Of a stretch of DNA of 64,000 nucleotides, positions 59,615 through 64,000 are shown piece by piece. The stretch comes from Acidimicrobiia bacterium. GTDB taxonomy: Bacteria; Actinomycetota; Acidimicrobiia; UBA2766. The notes under the pieces were generated by a model. The model saw only the letters and a list, made by a program, of their open reading frames with translations. It ran no database searches and was not told where the DNA came from. Where the stretch lies: assembly GCA_020850945.1 (NCBI GenBank), contig JADZDR010000022.1, positions 82,421 to 146,420 on the forward strand. The letters are read 5' to 3'. A program made the translations under genes and the position numbers. Position 1 is the first letter of the stretch. Every line of letters starts with the position of its first letter.

Positions 59615-60550
59615 ATGCGCGTGCGCGAGCGCTTCTACGGCACTCGCGTGGCCACCATCGCAGTGCTCGGCACGATCGTCGCCCTTCTCGTCGTCGGCGG
59701 CCTCGCCTTCTTCCTCATGACGCGCTCGACCGGTGACGATGATGGCGGCCCCGCAGGGCTGGGCGACGAACCCGAGTCGATCGAGACGTCACCGGGCGGG
59801 GTGAGCACCCTGCCCGGCGCCGCGACGGCAACGACTCCCGATGGTGCCCCCGTCGACGGCACGGCTCCGGGGGACGGGTCGACGGTGCCGGGTGAGACCA
59901 CACAGCCTGGGGCTGCCCCCGTCGTCCTGCAGCCTGCATTCGGTGCCTACACCTACAAGGCGTCGGGCTTCGTCAAGGACCTGGGTACCCGCCGGTATCC
60001 GGCCGAGTTCCCCGCAAGCGTGCGGGCGTCGGGCCGCAGCGGCTGCTGGGACCTCACCGTCCGCTACTTCTCCGATCAGACGCAGACGACGACGTTCTGC
60101 GCGGGAGGCGACGGGAGCCTCGCCGACGTGGGTGGGACGTCCTCGATCTCGAGATCGATCGGTGCGAACGAGGCGACGATCACGTGCGAGTCCCCCTCGC
60201 AGCTCGTCGTGCCGGGCATGCAGCCGGGGGCGGTGACCTCGAACGCGTCCTGCAGCATCAAGAACTCGAACTCGATGGCGGGGACCTCCAAGTCCGCCGG
60301 GCCGACGACGTACGTCGGCCTCGAGAGCGCCACAGTGGGTGGGGAGAAGGTCGAGACCTACCACGTCCGTCAGGACCGCACGGTATCGGGTTCGCAGAAC
60401 GGCACGACCGTCGATCACCTCTGGATCGCAACGGCGAACGGGATGATCGTGCGCCTGCAGCATGCGCAGACGATCAAGGTGATGCCGCCTTTCAACATCA
60501 CGTACATCGACGAGCTCACGGCCAACCTCGTGTCGACGACGCCCGGCTGA
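59615..60550 (+). CDS. Membrane-anchored hypothetical protein: short cytoplasmic N-terminus, one TM helix, a Gly/Asp/Thr/Pro-rich linker, and an about 200-aa extracytoplasmic domain with four Cys.
   Basis: Translation: MRVRERFYGTRVATIAVLGTIVALLVVGGLAFFLMTRSTGDDDGG...TTPDGAPVDGTAPGDGSTVPGETTQPGAAP...CWDLTVRYFSDQTQTTTFCAGG...ITCESP...SNASCSIK. The start is uncertain. Alternatives are the GTG at 59375 or the track start at 59249. Confidence 0.45.
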   Translation: MRVRERFYGTRVATIAVLGTIVALLVVGGLAFFLMTRSTGDDDGGPAGLGDEPESIETSPGGVSTLPGAATATTPDGAPVDGTAPGDGSTVPGETTQPGAAPVVLQPAFGAYTYKASGFVKDLGTRRYPAEFPASVRASGRSGCWDLTVRYFSDQTQTTTFCAGGDGSLADVGGTSSISRSIGANEATITCESPSQLVVPGMQPGAVTSNASCSIKNSNSMAGTSKSAGPTTYVGLESATVGGEKVETYHVRQDRTVSGSQNGTTVDHLWIATANGMIVRLQHAQTIKVMPPFNITYIDELTANLVSTTPG

Positions 60551-60592
60551 CGGGCCCGCCCGGCCGCGGTGCCCTTCGGTACGCTCGCGGCG

Positions 60593-61312
60593 ATGGCAGA
60601 GCCAACGGCAGCCGACGTCGCGGCGGCGCTCGACGCAGAAGCGGAACCCGGCTATGCCGAGCACTCGCAGCGCTTCTTCAAGACCGGCCCGGGTGAGTAC
60701 GGCGAGGGAGACCGCTTCATCGGAGTCCGCGTGCCCGCCCAGCGCGACGTGGCGAGACGCTTCGCCACGCTCGACCTACATGAGATCGAAGTGCTGCTCG
60801 GCAGCGACATCCACGAACACCGGCTCACGGCGGCCATCCTCCTCACGCTGCAGTATCCGAAGGCGGATGCGAAGGGGCAGAGGGCCATCTACGACCTCAC
60901 CATGCGGCGCCTCGATCGCTTCGACAACTGGGACATCGTCGACACCGTCGCACCCCGCGTCGTGGGCGCTCACCTACGCGACCGCCCCGCCCCACGCGAG
61001 GCGCTCCACCGCCTCGCCCGCTCGCCGGACCTGTGGGCGCAACGCATGGCGATGGTCGCGACGCAGGCCTTCATCCGTGAGGGTGACTTCGCCGACACGC
61101 TCGCCCTCGCCACGGACCTCCTCGTTCACGACCACGATCTCATGCACAAGGCGACGGGCTGGATGCTGCGCGAGGTCGGCAAGAAGGACGAGCCGACCCT
61201 CCTCCGCTTTCTCGACGCCCATGCCGCGGACATGCCGCGCACGATGTTGCGCTACGCCATCGAAAGGCTCCCCGAGCCGGCCCGCCGGCACTATCTGGCT
61301 GCGGGCCGCTGA
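60593..61312 (+). CDS. DNA alkylation repair protein (AlkD/AlkC-like HEAT-repeat glycosylase family).
   Basis: Translation: EHSQRFFKTGPGEYGEGDRFIGVRVPAQRDVARRFATLDLHEIEVLLGSDIHEHRLTAAILL...NWDIVDTVAPRVVGAHL...WAQRMAMVATQAFI...WMLREVGKKD. This resembles PF08713. Confidence 0.75.
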   Translation: MAEPTAADVAAALDAEAEPGYAEHSQRFFKTGPGEYGEGDRFIGVRVPAQRDVARRFATLDLHEIEVLLGSDIHEHRLTAAILLTLQYPKADAKGQRAIYDLTMRRLDRFDNWDIVDTVAPRVVGAHLRDRPAPREALHRLARSPDLWAQRMAMVATQAFIREGDFADTLALATDLLVHDHDLMHKATGWMLREVGKKDEPTLLRFLDAHAADMPRTMLRYAIERLPEPARRHYLAAGR

Positions 61313-61351
61313 TCCCTGGACCTTGTGGCGTTTCTGTGTAATGATGTAAGC

Positions 61352-61855
61352 ATGACAGATCGAGCTGGGCGAGGAGGAACACCCGAGGCGGAGATCTCGG
61401 CCTGGTTCGCCGAGAAGGTCCCCGAGTCGTGGTTCGCCGACCTCGACGTGAAGGCCGACGCGGACGAGATACTCGTCGTCGGTACGCTCCCGGACTCCGA
61501 TCCCCCGCCTGACGGGGAGACCGTGACGTCGTTCCGCGAGAGGACGCGCCCAGAGCGCGTCCGGCTCGCCGAGGGGGCCGAGACCCTCTTTCGCCGCAAG
61601 GTGAGTTGGGGCGTACGGGCCCGGGAGGACACGTGGCTCTTCACACATCTCACGGTCCCCGTGATGACGCGGCTCCGCCTCCCCGAGCGTCGCGTCCTCG
61701 ACACGCTCGTCGAAGGCGGCGTCGCGAGGTCGCGCAGCGACGCCCTCGCGTGGTGCGTGCGCCTCGTGCGCAACCACGAAGCCGCATGGCTCGAGGAGCT
61801 CCAGGAATCCCTCGTGAAGGTACGGGAAGTGCGATCGCAGGCACCGGAGGCCTGA
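61352..61855 (+). CDS. Hypothetical protein with C-terminal ribbon-helix-helix-like segment.
   Basis: The C-terminus reads TRLRLPERRVLDTLVEGGVARSRSDALAWCVRLV, a beta-strand + helix-helix typical of RHH (CopG/ParD-like). The N-terminal 110 aa have no recognisable family. AT-rich tgtaatgatgtaagc lies immediately before the ATG, suggesting a leaderless transcript. Confidence 0.45.
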   Translation: MTDRAGRGGTPEAEISAWFAEKVPESWFADLDVKADADEILVVGTLPDSDPPPDGETVTSFRERTRPERVRLAEGAETLFRRKVSWGVRAREDTWLFTHLTVPVMTRLRLPERRVLDTLVEGGVARSRSDALAWCVRLVRNHEAAWLEELQESLVKVREVRSQAPEA

Positions 61856-61895
61856 AGCCTCCCCGCTCACGACGCACCGCACGTATCCTGACCCG

Positions 61896-63122
61896 ATGTC
61901 CACGTCGGAGACGCCCTCTGCACACCTGCCGCTCACGGGGGTCCGCGTCGTAGACCTCACGACGAACATGTCCGGCCCCCTCGCCACGATGGTCCTCGCC
62001 GACCAAGGGGCCGACGTCGTGAAGGTCGAGCCGACCACGGGCGACGTGATCCGCACGATCGGCACGGGCCGCAACGGCATGAGTGCGTACTTCGCGAACC
62101 TGAACCGCGGCAAACGCGCGATCGGTATCGATCTCACGACGGAGGCGGGCGCTGCCGTGGTCCAGCGCCTCACCACGGATGCCGACGTCTTCGTCCAGAA
62201 CTTCCGGCCCGGCGTGGCGGAGCGCATGGGCCTCGGTCCCGAGACGATGACCGCCGCCCACCCCCGCCTCGTCTACGCCTCGATCAGCGGCTTCGGACGC
62301 GACGGCCCCCTCGCCACCGCACCTGCGTACGACCATGTCGTGCAGGCCCTCGCCGGCTACGCCGCGCTCCAGACCGACCAGTCCGGCCTGCCCTCGCTTG
62401 TCCGCCAAGGCGTGATCGACAAGGCGACCGCGTACACCACGGCGCAGGCCATCACCGCCGCACTCCTCGCCCGCACCGAGACGGGGCGCGGTGCCCGCAT
62501 CGACGTCTCGATGCTCGACGTCGCCCTCGCCTTCCTCTGGCCCGACGGCATGATGAACAACACGATCGTCGAGCCCGACACCGTGCTTCCCCCGGTCAGC
62601 CGCAGCTTCCGCGTGACCCCGACGTGTGACGGAGCCGTCGTGCTCGTGACCCTGACGTCCGGGGAGATGAGCCGGCTCGTCGACGCCCTCCTCGACGACC
62701 CCGGCGCGCCCGACCTCGCCGACTCTGCCGACCGCATGCGGGACGGCGCGACGGTCATGCGGGAGGTGCGGGCCCGCGTGGCCGAGCTCACCACAGCCGA
62801 GGTTGTCGCCCGCCTCACCGCTGCGGACGTGCCGTGCGCACCCGTGCTCGGGCTCGACACCCTTCACACGCACGCGCAGATCGTGGCCGCAGGCTCGATC
62901 TCAGCCTTCGAGCATCCGGTGCTCGGCCCCGTGCGACAGGCACGCCCCGCCGCCCGATTCGACGGGCAGGCGGCACCGCCGGCGTTCCCCGCCCTCGACC
63001 TCGACACCCACACCGACGCCATCCTCGGCGAAGCGGGTTACGGTGCGGACGCGATCGCAGAGCTGCGCAGCCAGGCGGTCCTCGGCGGCCTCCCCCCGAA
63101 TCGGCGTCCCGACAGCCGATAG
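61896..63122 (+). CDS. CoA-transferase family III (CaiB/BaiF), second paralogue.
   Basis: Translation: LTGVRVVDLTTNMSGPLATMVLADQGADVVKVE...FVQNFRPGVAERMGLGPETM...ISGFGRDGPLATAPAYDHVVQALAG. Confidence 0.88.
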   Translation: MSTSETPSAHLPLTGVRVVDLTTNMSGPLATMVLADQGADVVKVEPTTGDVIRTIGTGRNGMSAYFANLNRGKRAIGIDLTTEAGAAVVQRLTTDADVFVQNFRPGVAERMGLGPETMTAAHPRLVYASISGFGRDGPLATAPAYDHVVQALAGYAALQTDQSGLPSLVRQGVIDKATAYTTAQAITAALLARTETGRGARIDVSMLDVALAFLWPDGMMNNTIVEPDTVLPPVSRSFRVTPTCDGAVVLVTLTSGEMSRLVDALLDDPGAPDLADSADRMRDGATVMREVRARVAELTTAEVVARLTAADVPCAPVLGLDTLHTHAQIVAAGSISAFEHPVLGPVRQARPAARFDGQAAPPAFPALDLDTHTDAILGEAGYGADAIAELRSQAVLGGLPPNRRPDSR

Positions 63123-63143
63123 GCCGAGCATGCATTCGGGCTT

Positions 63144-63818
63144 TCAGTCCACGGTGGAGGCAGCGGTCCCGGCGACGGTCTGGTGGAGGATGCGAGCGGT
63201 CGTCTCGACCATGTCCCGCCTGCTCAGGTCCGCGTGCTCGAGCTGGTGGTGGTAGGCGCCGATGCGCTCGAGCATCGCGACGAGTGCGGCTGCGGCAGCG
63301 TACGGCTGGATCTCCGGGGATATCCAGCCACTGTCGTGCGCGTCCTGGAGACGGGTGCACATCGCCTCCGTCAGGGGACGCAGCGTCGCCATGCGGGCGT
63401 CGACGAAGCGCTCGTCACCCTCCTCGGCCGCGAGGTTGCGGACGCGCAGCACGGCGTGATGCCTGTCCCAGTAGTCGAAGAACGCGTCGACGACCTTGCG
63501 CGCCCGCACGAGCCCCACGTCTCCGGCCCAGTCACCCTCCATGAGCTCCACGATCGGGGGGATGTCGGCCTGCGCCTCGGCCGCGACCCCGAGGACCGCC
63601 TCCTCGACATTCGTGAAGTACTGGTAGAAGGTCGCAGGTGAGGTCCCCACGCGTCGCGCGATGTCCACGACACGGATCTCACGCACACCCGTGTCGCGGA
63701 GCATCTCCTCGGTGGCGTCGAGGAACCTGCGGCGTGTCTCCAGCCCGCGCCGGCCGAGGGGGCGGCCGTCCTGAGCCACGGCAGCCACGCCGCTCTGCTC
63801 GGCCTCGCTTGATCTCAC
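63144..63818 (-). CDS. TetR-family transcriptional regulator.
   Basis: Translation: LDATEEMLRDTGVREIRVVDIARRVGTSPATFYQYFTNVEEAV. This is a TetR HTH. It is divergent from a third CaiB-like gene at the window edge. Confidence 0.85.
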   Translation of the reverse strand: MRSSEAEQSGVAAVAQDGRPLGRRGLETRRRFLDATEEMLRDTGVREIRVVDIARRVGTSPATFYQYFTNVEEAVLGVAAEAQADIPPIVELMEGDWAGDVGLVRARKVVDAFFDYWDRHHAVLRVRNLAAEEGDERFVDARMATLRPLTEAMCTRLQDAHDSGWISPEIQPYAAAAALVAMLERIGAYHHQLEHADLSRRDMVETTARILHQTVAGTAASTVD

Positions 63819-63916
63819 GACCCGTCAGATTAGCGATTGGGTGTGCCCTGTCAGCCAGCGAAGCGCCCGACTCCCTGCCGTCACTGGGGTCTGACGGGTC
63901 GTCACATTTAGACTCT

Positions 63917-64000
63917 GATGATGACCCATCGACCTCCCCCACTCTCCGGGGTCCGGATCGTCGAGAGCTCCCTCCTCGGACCCGCGGCCGTCACGACCCA
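63917..64000 (+). CDS. CoA-transferase family III, N-terminal fragment; the gene continues beyond the window.
   Basis: MMTHRPPPLSGVRIVESSLLGPAAVTT matches the CaiB/BaiF N-terminal L-G-[VI]-R-[VI]-[LV]-[DE]...GP motif. The coordinate is +/-1 nt. The track does not list edge-truncated ORFs. Confidence 0.5.

Overview
High-GC (about 70%) chromosomal segment, almost certainly from an actinobacterium: it carries the mycothiol ligase gene mshC and a Kgd-type 2-oxoglutarate dehydrogenase with a fused E2-like domain, and uses many GTG/TTG starts with overlapping start/stop codons. The window is gene-dense core and accessory metabolism with no rRNA, tRNA, CRISPR array or recognisable transposase/integrase.

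Gene order:
- gltB (partial, minus strand, runs off the left edge), a small 2-TM membrane protein, mshC, leuD-leuC.
- An AMP-dependent acyl-CoA synthetase, an amidase, xthA, kgd, valS.
- An ArsR-HTH/SAM-methyltransferase fusion immediately upstream of ahcY, an M20 peptidase, an RpsA-like protein with four S1 domains, DoxX.
- A membrane glycosyltransferase-like protein, an MBL-fold hydrolase, a PAS protein.
- A beta-oxidation-type operon (enoyl-CoA hydratase, two acyl-CoA dehydrogenases, acyl-CoA synthetase) divergent from two hotdog hydratase subunits and a TetR regulator.
- A TetR / 2-hydroxyacid dehydrogenase / FGGY kinase / class-II aldolase operon.
- A compact island holding two PF04909 amidohydrolases, a small SnoaL-like protein, a ferritin-like diiron protein, hydantoinase A/B, an MDR alcohol dehydrogenase and a nitronate monooxygenase, with shared operator-like repeats.
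- Further amidohydrolase, SDR and MDR dehydrogenase genes.
- An acyl-CoA catabolic cluster: ADP-forming acyl-CoA synthetase, thiolase, enoyl-CoA hydratase, CoA-transferase family III genes (two complete, one partial at the right edge), a TetR regulator and several small hypothetical proteins.

Most long ORFs in the track that lie antisense to these genes are shadow ORFs typical of high-GC DNA. The track omits ORFs truncated by the window edge, which is why gltB is missing from it.
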